DNA from: Catajapyx aquilonaris
Lineage: Eukaryota
Assembly (NCBI GenBank): GCA_000934665.2
Contig: KZ538191.1
Coordinates: forward strand, 62,001 to 126,000
Reading direction: 5' to 3'
DNA: 64,000 nucleotides
Shown: positions 1 to 15,600 of the stretch, one piece after another
Numbering within the stretch: the first letter of the stretch is position 1
How the letters are laid out: each line of letters opens with the position of its first letter
The notes under the pieces: model-generated
Told to the model about the DNA's origin: nothing
Database searches by the model: none
The model's input: the letters and a program-made list of their open reading frames with translations, nothing else
Program-made: the position numbers and the translations under genes

Positions 1-319
1 ATCCATGGTACGGTGCGGAAACAAGATGAGTGATTGGATTCCATTTCGTTGAATGTCACGCCAGGACAAGATCGATTGTTGGACCTATTAATGTGCGAGG
101 AGCCATCAGACATGCAGATCCACGCACCTTGAAAGGCGCCTTTCAACAAGACATGTCTGAAAATCGTGCCGGGCCTAAATTGCCAACACATTTGTGCCCT
201 GTAGTCGTTGAAATAAGTAAGGTAGCAGACCTGAAATTATCATCCAAGAGAGCAATAAGTTACTTATTTCACTCGAAAAACCCGAGCGAACAGCGATAGA
301 ATGATCAATTCCCTCTCTC

Positions 320-441
320 ACCCACCAGAGGCGCTGTCCCCACCCCCATTGCGCATGGGTAGAACGCGGGCCAATAGGAAGCGTCGCGGTAACAATATGT
401 GGCGGACCAATCAAAGGACTCGACCATGAATACGACTTTAA
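320..441. mobile_element. Possible right end of a TTAA-specific (Kolobok-like) DNA transposon
   Basis: GC-rich stretch with two CCAAT boxes ends CCATGAATACGACT|TTAA and then drops abruptly into AT-rich DNA. The reverse complement TTAA|AGTCGTATTCATGG fits the Kolobok pattern TTAA + RR terminus. The other end was not found. Confidence 0.3.
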
Positions 442-1440
442 TATTATATATTTATTTTATTTAAATACTTGTAATATACGAGCACTTCAATTGGACGTGA
501 CAGCCCATCTTTCAAGACAAATTCCTGCAGCGAAATGAACACGTTTAGAGCGTAGCAGAAAGCGAGTCCAAATTCCGTTTGCATTGTGAGGAATCCGTCG
601 GACATGATGTGTCAGACCACAATAGATGCCAGGAAGACTAATGGCGGAAATTTCTCCAAAGCGCGGACCCAGTACATCATTTCCTTTTACCCAAAATCCA
701 AACTAGGGAAGAGATTATTTATTCGCAGGGTTTTCTGGCGCCCTATGACTAGCTACTGCTGCACATCAGGAGAAGAAAATATGTCTGGAAGCACAAGACT
801 TGGTGGTGCTTCTGGTTAGAGATGATGGTTGGTGGGTTATTGGCTCTCATCGTCCTTCAGACTGATGCTGGCCTTGGAGCGATGAAGAAGAGTGCCTTGC
901 TTTGTCACGTCCCGAAGATCACTGGTGGTCGACCCAAAGGGAAAAGAGGAGGGCAATGGCACTTATATACAGGACGTGGTCTGTAATGTTTGAGGATCAT
1001 ACCGTTGGGAAAACTGTTAAAACAATACCCACTCTTTTTATTATTTGACAACCTGCTTGTCATATCTATCCCAATAATGTCAAAAAAAGCAATTGGTTCG
1101 AACTATGTCACACACCTGACTCGTTCTTTCCAATCAGCGTCACTATTCAACATCTTTTGTGGTCGTGTTGCCTTTGGAGACACCCGGTGCAATGCAATGG
1201 CTTGGATGGCGGATCGTTATGTGAAATTACATGCTGGATCTCATCAAAAGGGGAGGCTGAGAAGGGGGGGGGGACACTAGGCGTCTGGTGAGTGACGGCA
1301 GCCCCTTTCCTTGAGACTTGAACGTTGCCTTAGAAATGAGTTCCTGCAACTTGCCCCAAGGAACAAGTCTTCTGTCGTCTTGCTCCAGCGAAAGGGATGG
1401 ACGTGGAAACGAAGCTAATCTTTCAAAGTCTTCCTTTATA

Positions 1441-1604
1441 CAGGGTGGTACACTGCCCGTGTGCTCAAAAAGTGCTAAAAATCGCTAAGGTGGACAATAA
1501 TATATCGATATTTGTGGGTGAAAGCATGGTTGCCAGATCTGTCACTTTTGTATTAAAAAAATTGCTGTGTGTGATATTACTGCAGTACATTACGGAACAC
1601 CCTG
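1441..1604. mobile_element. Tc1/mariner-type MITE
   Basis: TA|CAGGGTG ... CACCCTG|TC termini. CAGGGTG is a typical mariner/pogo TIR start. The right TA TSD is degenerate. Confidence 0.4.
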
Positions 1605-4600
1605 TCTTCCTTTCAACAGCAAGTGCTGATTCCGATATCCCTCACCTTCTTTGCATCCTTTTCTACTGCGACAGTGCAGATAAGTAGACCCCGAGATGCG
1701 TCAATAAGCCGATAGGGTCCTAGGGTCCAGCCTTTTTTTTACCATTCTGCGAACGGAAGCAGCTCAGAAGAGGTTTCCGATGATGCAGCAAGCAATTATC
1801 TTAATGAGCGCAATTACTTTCCGTGTCCTGGACCGAGGGAAATGGGCGTTCCTGAATAGATGGGACCCAATTTTATGCGCGTCCATTCAGAGGGGGATTA
1901 TGACTTTGAAGTTTCAGGTATGTCCCAGCAACATCATTGTATAGTTATAGTACCCGTTGTATATACTATCTGACAACATTTTTGTCGATTCCTTATCTTC
2001 CTGATATTTTTTGGAACCAATATTTGAAGGCCCAGAAATGGACGCCAGCAGCTTGCAATTTAACACCATCAAGGGACATTCTCTCTCCCCCCTCTCTATC
2101 CAATACCAGTTTTTCCCTAGTCTAACCCCATGGAACCACATTAAGGAGGCGTCTGGGTTTTTGGACCCATGGTACATTTTGCGTAGAGAAAGGGAACCCA
2201 GGGGCAGTTGGTTGGACCACCTGGGTTAAAAAATATATAGGAAGAGAAGGAGGGGTATAGGCTGAATTTTGTTTTTTTTTNGGGTGCCCCCAAAGCATCT
2301 GCACCCCTTTCATAAAAAATAGGGGTATAGGGGTGGAGGATAATGCAACCAGGGGGTTTGAAGGAGGAAGCTTGCAGGGTGGGTTAAAAAAAGAGGAATA
2401 GGGTGGAGGGGGATTTAGCAATGGATTTTTGCTGTGGAAAGCTGACATTTCGGCACCTTCAGAAAATATTCATAACCTGAATCTGTTTTGTACATAGAAC
2501 ACAGATATGCCTGGATTATTCTTTTGTTAATATCTGAATATTTTTTAAAGAGAGTCGGCGTACAAATGTACTATCTGGGATGCTAGTCAAAAATTGTGCA
2601 ATTATGCCAATTATTTCAGAATTGTACGTACGTGTCATGTAATTTAAAAAATGGTGGAACTTCGCCTTTCGCCTCATGGCTGACTGATATTTATACAAAA
2701 GAAGTTAGATTGACCATTAGCTCTTGGATTGACTAACCCGCATCTTTTCAGCTCAGAATTTTTGAGATCAATCTCCAGCACTGAAAACTTTGCACAGTTT
2801 TTTTTGTGTGTTTTGCGGGCAAAACTTTTTAGAGTTCCGGCCAATTAGCTGCACTGCAAAGCTTGTGAATATGATTTTCTGAAGCACCGCCAGAGTCAGG
2901 AGGAAGCAAACAAGAATCCCTCCCCGCAAAACGGCAGGGGTGGGTAAGGGATGGAAGTCAAAGCCAGGCTTAATGAGCCAAAAACTGGCGCAAATGATTC
3001 GACTTGTTAGTTTGTTACGGTAATTGTGTCAAAAGTTCAAAAGGCAACCCTCAGAAACTGTAGCCTGAAAATATATATATCGCCAAGCGTATAGGTTAGT
3101 CCGTGTTTATAGGGGGTGGGGGGTGGTGAGGGGGGAGATTAACTTGTTCTGATCCGATTAGTTTCTGGGAAATACACCTGAGCCCCCAATATCTGCTGGG
3201 ACTTGCAAAAAAGGTGTACTAATTGCAAATTTTTTGGCGTAACTATTCGTACTTTTTTTCCCCTTTTTCATGAAGGTTATAGGGATATATTCACAAAAAT
3301 GAGATTAATTGCACAAACTTCTTATGTTTGGTCCAAAGGTACATACGGGCTCGATCACTCCCAAAAAAAGAGACCCTTTATGGGGTGGCCCGGGTTGGAA
3401 AAAGGGGGAAGGGCCAACCCCTGTTGAAGGACCAAAAACCCATGTCCTATATACACCCAGTCTTGCGATGCCAACTGGAGCGATAAGACCTCCAGTAAGT
3501 AGCTGCATAGATCATATAGTGTGGATCTATAGGGTGGTCGAAAGTGCAGTGGATAGGATCCGTATATTAGCGCAGGTGAGTCCCTAGGAGTCATATATTA
3601 CAGGCCACATCATAAAAGGACATGTTTGCACGTTTTGTGCTAAGCCACACATAGAGAGTGGTCGCAGGAAATTAAACTCTCAATCGTGCCAATTGATAGG
3701 GCCTAATGTTTATTAGGAATTATTGTCAATCGGAGGTGGGATTTGTTTTGGTATCGCGCATACAGTGTAAGTGTACGGTGTGTTAGGCAGTGTAAATACA
3801 GCAAACTGCTGGCAGGCTCATTATTCGTCAAGTGCAAATTTACTATGGGAAAATGATGATATGCGATACTTGATAGTGGGCAGTTTTTTTTTGCATTGGC
3901 AACCACTTTTTGTGCGTGATACTAAAAATTGTGCATAAAATTTGCAATAAAAATTGAATACTCTGCAAACTATCTCAACAAGCTATACCAAGAGAAATGA
4001 CAAATATATTGAAGAACTAGCGCCATGACACTTTGGGGCAAAGAGCATGCGCAGTAATATTTTGCGTTAATTTCCACGAATCTGCACACTTGTTTTATGG
4101 ACAGTTGCGGATAATAATTTTTTGACAAAATGTGACAATGTCTCAGATTGCCCATTTTTGCGAATTTTTCTGAGCAAGTACAGTACCTGTAGCTTTCGAG
4201 TGAGGACTTCGAAAAATCTCAATCTCCTGACAGCATGTTTGAAACTGGAGACAGGTTGGCTGTTCATGACCTCAGTTCCTCAAACTGAATCCACAGGCGT
4301 GCAAAAAAAAATTCTGCGAAATCCCAACGGAGCTAGATGTTGACATTGGCTCAGCCTGCCCTGCAGAATTAATTTTTAGGTAAAATTTTTAATCATCCCA
4401 ATCTCTGTGGGTTATCCACAATTAATTATATTATGCGTACCCCCCTTTTTCCCCCCTTCACAATTATTTTTAAGCAAACTCTGCCATGCATGCCAGCTCC
4501 CCAAGCCACAGGACTCAAACTGATGGACAACCGGGATTAGTTCCATTGCACAAAAAACTAAAACCGAGTTGGGGGATACTGTTTTATAGTTGCTGTTGGC

Positions 4601-7600
4601 CCTCCCAAAATTACACCTGATCATTCCACCGATCTATTTTCATTGCTGTGGGATAGCTCATTGTCTGCCAACAATATCGCCGCTTGAATTATTCATAAAA
4701 ATTTCAAGTATTCCCCGGAGCGTGAATCCATGCTTGAACCTGGTTTTAAGGACAACCCACTGTACGCATAGGACTGTTTTTCAGGCATGTCCGAACATGT
4801 CTGCTAAAACAAAAAAAAGGAGATGGGTTTGGGGAGAATCAGGCGGACTTTGTGGGACATACACGCTGATTATGGAGCTGTGTGAGCGTGCTGTATATAG
4901 GATGAGCGCTCAATATGAGTTAATGGGGTTTCTACGCATGGCCAGCTTCATTGTACACCGGATCTATTATTTTGGCGAAATGAAGTCGAAACATGTGCGA
5001 CGTTAGGGGGCATTGCTTTTTTTTGTGTGTGCGGTTTTTTTTATACCATGCCTCTATGAAAAGAAAGTGTGGGCGCTTATGAAAAATTTTCGTGGGGGGG
5101 GGGGGGTGAAGTAATAACAAAAGTTGGGAAAACTCAATATTAAGGGAAATAAACAGGAATTTTAAGGAGGGCAGGAAACACCCTGTGGCAATCCATTCTT
5201 TTGGGAACAATATAAGCTACTTCTTTATCAGGTTTGCTGAAGATTGCTGAGTCTTACTGCTGAACTGTGAATAATTTAGGCGTTTAGCTGCTTTAAAAAT
5301 AGTTATGGCCGGCTGTATTTTGTCATATTGCATGTTAACAACAATATTAGTAACCATTGCGCCTATTAGAAAGTTTATGAAAGAATTCTGGATTATAGGA
5401 ATCGATTGCTCCTCTGTAAATTTGCAAGCATTCATTACATGTAATTATTTTATTTTATTTTATATGATTATTTATGCAATTATTTGTTCGAATTGACACA
5501 CTAATTCAAATCCATGGAGTATAATAAATTAATACTACCGGTACTAATAATAATTTACCATTTTAGAGCATTAGGGCATGATTACACCTGATTATGCCTG
5601 TTGGAAAAATAAACATCAAAAACATATCAGCTCAGGTCCTAGAAAAAAAATGGTGCTAACAGGGTTTCTTGACATAAAACCTTGGTTCATTAATTACAAG
5701 CACGGCCTACCTCAAACAGCAGATGCCGACTTGTTTTAGTCAGGAAAGATTGACGTTGATAAAAAGGTACACAAATTCCGGTTGGTGGGAGATTATACGA
5801 GGGAAATCAGGTAAACGTTTTGCAGGATCCCCCTTCATTAATGAATTTACCCATCCCAGCACTAATGGAATTTTGATGCCATATATTAGCCGAAATAATA
5901 GTCTTTTGCATGACCCTCCCCCCAAAAAAATAGGCGCGATATGCCTTCTGTTGGTTACAACCTTTTTTTGGTTTTAAAAAAAGGCGTTTCTGTGGAAAAT
6001 CGGCGGCCTTGTGTGTAAAAGGCGGTTTTTTGTGGATAAAAAAAAAGCATTCTATTCCTCCACCTTTCTCACAAGAGAAGGAAGCACGGTTTGAGGCTAT
6101 AATGGTGACAACTACCTGAACCTTGCAAACTCACGATCCAGGTGAAAATTGGTCGGTTTTGGGTGTCGATCGTTCTGCTCTGCCAGACCGAACGTGTCTG
6201 GGATTTCTGGCGTAGGATTTTTCCCATTATTAGTGAAAATGTGTGCAAAAATTACGTTTGCATATATTATGCCCTTAATTGCTCCGGTTTTAAAAAGACA
6301 TGCATAAACGTCAGATCTTGCTAATAACTCACCCAGACATGTCATGACTCAGTTTGTTCACTCTGTTGCAGGCTGTGTTTAAAAATAAATTTTCATTTTT
6401 TTTATAAATGAAGGAATGTGCGACTACTGTACAAAGCGATGCAATTTTGGTAGAAAGAATCAGAATCTATAGTTATATGTTTTAAAAATACTAGGAAGTG
6501 AGTTATGATAATTGCAAAGCACTGTACAAAATGCAATGTAATAACTGTCTAGCACAAACAACTGTGCGGGTGAATAAAACGTTACAGTGCCAATAACAGT
6601 GAAAAACTTATGACATTTTATGAGCGAAAAAAAATCCATTTGAATATAGCCTAATTTTTTTTTCTAATAATGGACAGTTTTGTGTGCCTTTGATGTAGAA
6701 TAACCTGTATAACCAGCAGAATATGAGCAATAAGATGCTGCGTATTTCGTCCAAATAAGCCTTGCATGATGGTCTTTGTTTTTATTGCATTAAACTCCAG
6801 CTCCAGTGATGCAGTATCATTTCCCATCTCATGACATAAATCAGGCTCCATTTACAGGTCCATAGAATGTGCTATGTAATACAAATACACGTGTCATCCT
6901 TTGTAATAGCAAGTTACCTTTGGAATATAATCATCCTCCTCTCTGATACATCATCACTTTCCCACTCCCTCCAGCACAACAATGTTGCTTCTTTTCCTTT
7001 CTCGTTCATCCAGGCGTGGTAGATGTTTTATGCTAGCAATTGATGGAAGATATTGCATATTTTCTTATTATAGAGCCCTTTTTTTCAAGACAGGAGAGTT
7101 TATGAACGCTTGGGGAAATATCTTAGAGGAATGATATAAAAATGTATTGCCTGTTGATGCATGGTTGGTTTTATGCCAACGTTTGCCATATTGGTGTTTG
7201 CAGTTGCAGCAAATATTCATGGAATACATAATTTCTAATTGTGAGTATTGAACTGTCCAGTAGTGTTTTCGTGGCTATAAAAATTACATGATATTAGAGT
7301 AATTAAACAAAATGCAGCACCTGTTGAAAGTGGGTCATGCAGAATTTGCTCCATCATGAAGAATAATCGTCTAAGTCGCACATGATCAGCAGGCTCAAAA
7401 TAAATGACGCTATTTGCAGGTTCATTAACCTAAGTGTGATTTCACTGTGATATCGTTTGCCTCTTTCAAGAGAAATGCTACAAAAAGACGTTTGTTACTT
7501 CTTAATTAATTAAGTAGAATGATATCAGGATATTTTTACTTCCTGTTGACTGTTGGGTTTTGTTTATATAAGTCTAAATTAATGGTGTAATTTGGACGGT

Positions 7601-10600
7601 TCATATCCTGCCTAAAACATGTATTCAACTGAATATATGGCCCATTTGTAATTATTCTGCAGGCTTCATGTTCTATGAAAGGCTGACCATTGCTGACACT
7701 TGGTCAGAATTAACATTTTATTCATACTAACGGTGGCGCTCACAAAATGCACAATACAACAATGATTTCCCAACAATTAGGTTTTATCCTAGTCGTAGCC
7801 TTAGGCCTACTGCAGCACCTTGCATTTGAGCAGTTTACTGTGACAATGTTACTCTCCATGCTCAACATGAGGCCTGGCCATTATTATACATTCACATCAA
7901 GTGCATACACATTCAAAACGCACTGTTAGCATACACACACAGGCCTATAAACATGCACATAGAGCTTTGTAAGCTCCCCTTGCATTCCATGTATTATTAC
8001 CATGAACACACCCACCGTTTGAACCCATTCTAAAATTACCTTCCGGCGCGAAAAATAAAAAAGTCATACCTCCCTTCCCCCCCTTGTAACTTCAAAGGTG
8101 CCGATAGAACAAAAACCCTCCCCCATTCCCCACCCTCCAAAAAAAATTGCCATGGAGAAGTAACAACATGTACCTTCCACCAAGCGTCGTGAAAACAGCA
8201 CAAAAGAGAGCGCTAGAGAGAGTCAGCCCAACCCCCAAATCGATGAACATCCTGCCCCCNAAAGCGCAATGGCGTACTATATCCACCGACTATCACAGAA
8301 ATGGCCGCTGTTTTTTTGTTGTAGAGAAGGTGACAACTCGCAATTTTTCCACTCTGAATTTGGTCACGGTTAAAAGAGGCGTCTTGACACGACCAAGAAC
8401 CGAATATGAAAAGAAGTTTTTTTTTAAAGTCCCTCCCTATGACAACAAGCCTCGAGCCACAACTAGGGATACCAAAAAAACCTGAAGCAAAAGATGGATG
8501 GAGACGGTGAAGGGTGGGGACGCCATTTTGTTCGATATGCGAATAGGGGGGGTAGAGGGGGGAGACTAGATGTGATTCGTCGGTAGAGGGCGCAGGCTCC
8601 AGGCATTGCAACATCGGCCCAGGAATAACGCTCAGGGGGAGAGAAACATTCAGTTCCATCTCACAGCTTCTCCGGAGACCATCGCTTCTGAAGAACCCCT
8701 CGTAGACCAACCTGTTTTTTTTTTGGATATTTTTTTGGGGAAAAGAGATGGACCAGGTTGAGGGGGGTTGTGGTCCATGGGACACGGCTTTTTGGGACTA
8801 ATTTGACACCGGATGATGGTCTGATGGGGGAGGTTGGAAGCGGACTAGAGGGCTGCTGCCAACAGGTATGTTACATGTGGCTTTGAGATTGTTGCATGTG
8901 TATGAACAAGTGGCAGTCGCTGATCTGGAACACTGTTGAATTGAGAGAAAAAATTCGTGATATATTATGAAAATTAAAAAGGGAACAAATTTTTCCTGAA
9001 TTGAGATATTGGCGTAACAAAGTTTATGTACACCAACACACGACAGTTGTGGGTTGGCGACACTGCTTATCAACCTAATAGTGGACCGGGTCCGGACCTG
9101 GTCCAGTTACCTCGATACTGTGTGAATGACCCCTCTTGGCTGGACTACCTACACACTTTCATATAAAGTTATTTAATTAAAAATGATATGAGTTTAAAAC
9201 TAATGTGGATACAGTCTCTCCTTATGTTACCATTGCTTTCAACTATGCGAAAGTAAGAGTAACTGTAAATACCCAAAGGAGCATTCTGTACTTGGACTGT
9301 GCTGGGCAATACAAGCTGTCATCATGTGCCAATTTTCATATTCAGAGAATGATATGCTAACTGCAAACTGGAAATATTTTATCCGTCCATCAAACTGTGT
9401 CGTGCATTATCGTTCATTTTTAAAACGCTTTTAAAAATATTGCTGTTCAGATAATGCAATGATGTTATCAGATTATTGACTTCTATTAATTAAGCATTGA
9501 ATTCACACAATATATTATAAAGCCATTCGAACGTTTGAAGTTTCTATTGAAGTTAAATTATTCAATAACGCTCATAATATGCATGAATTATTACATTTGA
9601 ACTTATTATAGGGTTCTGCTGATGCGTTCGACAAGATTGTGTCATTTTGGCATGCTAATGCAGGTAGCGAGATATACTAATTAAAAGCCGCGACTGTACG
9701 CATTTTAATTAATTAATTGTGTATATAGCATGCACATTTATTTTCTAAAAAATTGCAGGATTCTATTTGAAGTTCATCGCATTATTCGCAATTAAAAGTA
9801 ATACAAGTAATAAAGTGCTTGCTCTGACGGCTTCAAAAAATAATGTGCATTAATTTAATGTATGACTCCATATCGGACGATGCCCTCTGCACTACATTAT
9901 TCCATGATTACAGTACCACAGCTCTAAACACCATATGCGTTTGCACGTTTGTGATTAGATTTGGAAATATAATATTAATCATTCATACAGCGGCTCTGCT
10001 TATCCGTCACAGTATGTAATGCCACAGGATCATCGGGGCCATAGATGGCAGATAGTTTGAAAAATATTGGCAAAATATTAGCACCATTATTGTCAGTCAC
10101 ACGTATCAAAATTTAGTATGCTAAATAAATTGTGACCACCGGCCATCAGCAGCACCATTAAATAACACATATACAACCAGGATGGGGGGAAATTTTACGT
10201 TATGTCGAAATGTTATTAGTTAATTTGTATTTGAATGTTTCATTGTCGGTAATCAGACCGGTGACCCTCCCTACCATATACAACCATCTTGCATTCCAGG
10301 CATACTTTAAAACCGTGGAGTTGACAGAATCGGTCCGATAAATTCATCACATCCGAATTCTAAAATATCTGCTGCGCCCAAATTTTGCAATAATGATATA
10401 TTAACATTAATTAGCACGTCGTTTTTAATTACTTGATTTATTGTTGCTGTCCATCTTCATCAGTCGCACGTGGACAGTTACAAGCCTGTGAATCCAACCG
10501 GACATTACCAGCATTAAAATATTGTGAACCAGGGGCTCAAGGGGGGGGGGGGGGNGGGGGTGCAAAAGCGCGAGGGGTGGGCTTATCGAGGCCTTCAAAA

Positions 10601-12556
10601 TTGAACACATACCGTGCAGGTTTTGCCAGCCCAGGAAGAGGAGGACCCCTCCCAAAATGCAAGCTAATCCGATAGAGCGTACAAAATAAATTTTCGCAAC
10701 CTCTTTTCTGCAAACTGCAGCGTGTACATTATTGCAATGTTGCAACTTACCACTACTTGTTTCCACTCACATATTTTTGGCAGTAATTTTACACCAGTGT
10801 TAAATTTAAATACATTTATTTTGTTACCGGTATGTATTAATTTACATGCCATTATTTCATTTATAATCATATACGGTATGTTACTGTTGACTTATTATGT
10901 AGCCTATCATAATTTGATGTATTTGAGCTAAAATAATTAATGATAGTGACTTATTTATGACACTCCGTTATTGTTGCTCATAGGATGTTAATATTTTATT
11001 TGTTTGTTTATTTTACTATCCCGTGATCAGATTACGGGACATCCTATACATACTCCATTTGGGTACATTTTATCAAAATAATTTAACTGAAATAAAATTG
11101 TGACAAATAAGTGTCATAAAATAGGCTGCTAATATTGTTTAAAGTTCTTTTCAATCAGTTCTTCATATTATAATTAATTATTTGTTACCGTGTGTTCTAA
11201 TATTTGTAGGTGGTATGTATGCTATTTATTATTTTATACCACTATATTTATTATTTTATCGGCCCGTTATTGATGTGCATATTGCTTACACAATTTTCAC
11301 AGGACGTGTCAACTGTACAGCTAGCTAACAAAAAAAAAAAACACTGACAATATGTGCTTTGAAGTTTGCTTCATTATTATGCCAACGGTGCTTCTCACTG
11401 TACTGCGAATAACAAGCAGCTCTATTATCCCTCCAGAACAAAACTGCAGACTCTACCTGTGCTGTGTTCTAAGTCGGGGTCTCATCCTTTGTGCCATTAT
11501 GCCCATCAGATTTGGGAACACTAACGTCGCGAAAATTGCAACCGTGCACGTACCTTCCAACACGCAGCCAGAGCCAGCAGTTAGCCCTCGCAAAAATGCA
11601 ATATTAAATCCTTCCCCCTGCTCCCAACACCGTCTTTATATTACAAACCTGGTTCTAAAGCTCAGCTGCCATAAACCTATAGTAAAAAAAAGGAATTAAA
11701 TGCCAGCCGACACCCGGCACAAGTGCTATCTGATTGAATTCGTCCTGTCCAAAAAAAATGGTCACAAAACTGACATAACATGCAAAAAAAAAATCTGCAG
11801 CTGTAAATAACTATACAGAGCAAAGGTCGATTCGGCAGGAAATTACATCGCTCTAGTCGGAAAAGCCCGTGCGAAATTCTAGGGGGGTGTTTGGTGAACA
11901 ATTATTTAGTGGAAATCTGAAGCTCCCCTAGTTTTCGAATAGGCCACCGAGCATTTCAAATTTCCGTTTTTGACTTGGGGAAGTCCACCTTTTCTTCTTT
12001 TTCGAGGCGGCGCATGGCAGTCTAGAGGTCCCCTGAATTTATGAGGCTGCGGGTCATGCTCCCCTAGAAAAAGAGCCTGAGAAGGGTCAACTACGGTGGG
12101 GTGGAAAAAGGAAACTCGGATTTCAAGGAAATTCGAAATGCTAATATTCCTTTTGAAGAGGGAAGCGTATTATGTGAGAAAATTTGGGGTCTGCTGACCT
12201 CCCCCTTATATAGTTGACCGTGTGCTAAAATGTGCAATGGAAAATTGGCTCGCGTATATGTGTCCGGCTGCAAAATGCCACCTGATGCCCCCCCGAGGGT
12301 TTGTATCGTCACCATCCAATATCCGGGACTGAAACGGTGTCCAATTTTATGTATGTTTGACCAGTAATAGTTGGCTGCAGAGCCTGCCTCAAAAAGCTGT
12401 CTGACCAACATTTCATCAGAGCATGCAACTGCATAAGTGTGTATACATATTTAGCACACACCAGGGAGAGTCAAGGAAACTGGGGTAGTGTCCATTAATA
12501 TTTACTATGAAAGTCAACACCAAAAATGATCCGAATTTATTTTTAAATTTGACCCC

Positions 12557-12601
12557 TGGTGCTCGTAGCCGTAGCCCAATATCATATGACTACGAGCACC
12601 A
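12557..12601. repeat. Short inverted repeat/hairpin
   Basis: TGGTGCTCGTAGCCGTA pairs with TATGACTACGAGCACCA (17-bp arms, 2 mismatches). Confidence 0.6.
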
Positions 12602-15600
12602 CCACATTATGCCTATTACAATCACAACTCGTGCTGATTAAGGTTCTAATATTAGCCCCCATTTCCCAGCCTGCATTTACTTCGGTTGTGTCCAATTACT
12701 GAAGCTTTTATGCAAAAACCCAGCTAGAAGGATTTTTGGTAGCCCAGGTTCCCAATTGCTAGTACCTCTCGTGGGGGGAAAGGGTCTGGTATGGGAGAGA
12801 GAAGTGCAATAATTCGCATTGTTCATGCTTGGATATTAAATGGCCGAGGCGTTAATTGAAATTTGCAAGCAACGAGCGTGGCCGGAATGAGACGCTAATT
12901 GCAACTCACGGCCTATGGAATTATCTTCAGATGGACGGAACAGCTTTTGGGTCTATCGATGGCCCATAAACCACTCCTTTTTGCTAAAATTTTTAGCCTA
13001 AAATTTTTTAGCCTAAAACTGGGTTGGCTTTTGTCCATTAAGCTGTCTTTTTTGTTCCAAATTTTATTATTGTTTTATGTTTGCAACTGGATACGTGTGT
13101 GCTCGACATGTAAAGAGAAAAAAAGAGGGGTCTGCCTGAATTAGGCTTGTTAACTCATTTTGGCGGCATTTTGCACAGTTCCGTGCAGAATCGATGGGAG
13201 TGGCTTATATTTCCTGGCAAATTCCAACTAAACGGGAAGCGACAGCACCTTTTTGTTTCCGGGAAAAAATGTACTTTTTTGGGGAAGAGAAGGATTATGT
13301 TACACAGTTCCCTTCCTAAATGCCTGGCGGTATAATGTGTTTTATAAACAACGTTATCGCTGTAATTTTTGAGAGGACCCCAAAAAATTGGGTAATTATA
13401 ACTTGCGGGCATATGTTTTTTAAATGGTGTAGAGGTTGTTTCGCTCAATTCCTTTGAGACACCAATTTTTCAACTTTTTGTGAATTAAAAGATGTAATGG
13501 GCGAATCGTACCAGTTCACTCAGAAGTACAGAATAATTTACTGAAAATATATACGAGTGAACCTTTTGATATCAATCAAGTGCTGGACTGTACAGTACTG
13601 TATATACTAATCTAATAGCAAAATAATTTCGCCTAAAATGTAAAAATGGTGTGGGTGATAAAAGTCATTGATTTATTTCACACCCAGCAGTCTCAGCCTT
13701 TGAACAAAAAACACACGAGCACCAGGCTTCACTTCGATTATCATAACTATGGAGTATAAAGAAGAGGGGGGGGGGGGGGGGGGGAAAGAANGAAAAAAAG
13801 TGTCAAAATTTTCCTCGAGTTGGCGAAAGTGAGAGTTTGCAAATGGGGGTTTGGTGTCAGACGCCTCGAGTGCCTCGTCACATCGATTTTCTTTTCTTAC
13901 CCCGTGTCACTCAAAGTTCGATGGATACATGTTGTGATTTCCATACTTTGGATACATATATTCCAGCAGTATGGTCCTCCCCCAAAAGTTTGCGAGGCCG
14001 TCATATTGCCAACATATGGACGACAATCTCCCCATAAATTTGGGGGGCAGTGTTGACCACTTAACTTCCAAATGATGTCAGATGTTTTCATCCAGAACCG
14101 ATTTTTTTTATAAAAAAAAGCGGGTAGAGCTAGAACCGACGTTACCCTTTTCAACGAGTTGAAAAGAAATTCGCTTGCCTCTCACTCAATCCAAGCCACG
14201 GAACACGGGAGTGGCTTTTGGCGAGAATAATTTTTTGGACCAACCCTATAATAGAAGAGGGCCTCTAATGAAGCCTTGAACTTTTCCGATAATCGACTTT
14301 TCCTCCCACTTTATTCCACAGAGCTCATTCCTATCGGCACAGAAGCGGAATTTTTCAAAGTTAGCCACCGGATCAATCTAATCCCCACCTTTTTTTTTCC
14401 TAGTCCCCATACATGCAGCTACGGATACAAACATTTGTCATTATCGCATTTTCGATGAGTTTTCTAGGGAATACAAAAAGCCATCAACGAAATTAAAGCA
14501 TTTGTCAGCTGCTGCGACTCTCAAAAAATGGTGTCAAAAAAAGAAAAATATGCAGCATATTGATAGCCTACAAATGGACAACAAACGTCCATTTTGAGGA
14601 ATGGTACACAGAGACACGCCATCATGCGGGTGCTTAAAGCAAACATTTGGAGAGAAAAATCCATTGATGTGGGGATCCATCAAATATTATATTTATTTAA
14701 GACTACAAAAAATCTTCACACAGGCCCAGTGTTGCCATAGTTAAAAAGATATCAGGGGGTAAATCCACCTCAAGCTGTTATCGTGGGACGTGCGCCATTT
14801 CCCCACTGAAACCAAGGCTGCACAATTTGATTTGCTGCCAGCCCATTAGAAATTTATAAGGGGCCCGCATGTCCCGGAGATAATTTCGTGTTTAAGAGCT
14901 CATTCGTAGCATCGTTGGAAAGCTTTTGCCCCGTGACTTCACTGCAGTCTAGAAGCAAGTGCGCTAAGAAAATTTTGGAGCTAGGACTCTAAGGACCCCC
15001 CCNNNCCCCCCCCCCCCCCAAATGTTTGGTTGGGTATGAGAGTTAGATTACAACTTTCCTATATGGTTATGCCAGCGGATGTCAGATAAACTAGGCAACC
15101 ATGTCCACCTTTCATTTCTCTTGTTTGCTATGAGGCGGTAGGGGGAAAGACCCCACGTTTTCAACTGCCTTCTAACATCTCCAGCAAACGATTCCTAATC
15201 TTATTTACGGTTGTCTACTAGTTGTGACTGAGGAAAAAAAATGAATTTCCGGCCAGCTACCATGATTAATGGCATCTTTTTCCAAACCTTCAAGTCAGGT
15301 ATTCTGCAGATGTGATGGAAGAAATTGGGTACCTATTGTATACAAGTGCCAAGGGATGGATAGGAGACTAGCAGCATCTCAAAGGAGTTGGCAAGATCAG
15401 CAAAGATGCTTCTTGAGGAACGGAAGGGTTTGGAAGGATAAGAGGAAAAAAAAGTTTTGCTCCAGGAGTTCAAAGGAGGTCACCTTTTATGTCGAAAAAA
15501 ACTACCCTTCAAACGTGCTTCGAAAACCATCATCCATAGAACACCGGGGCCGCCCACACCTCTAAAACACACAAACTTTTTTTCCGGTGTGGTGTTAATA

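Noticed and set aside
129..146. Perfect 18-bp palindrome TTGAAAGGCGCCTTTCAA
   Set aside because: Real but isolated, with no context suggesting a function.
838..980. Possible terminal exon on the - strand (PLPSSFPFGSTTSDLRDVTKQGTLLHRSKASISLKDDESQ*)
   Set aside because: It looks protein-like, but the best acceptor leads to an in-frame stop and no family is recognisable. It would need RNA-seq.
12555..13726. 12-bp inverted pair CCTGGTGCTCGT / ACGAGCACCAGG as TIRs
   Set aside because: A 12-bp match is expected by chance in 64 kb, and there is no TSD.
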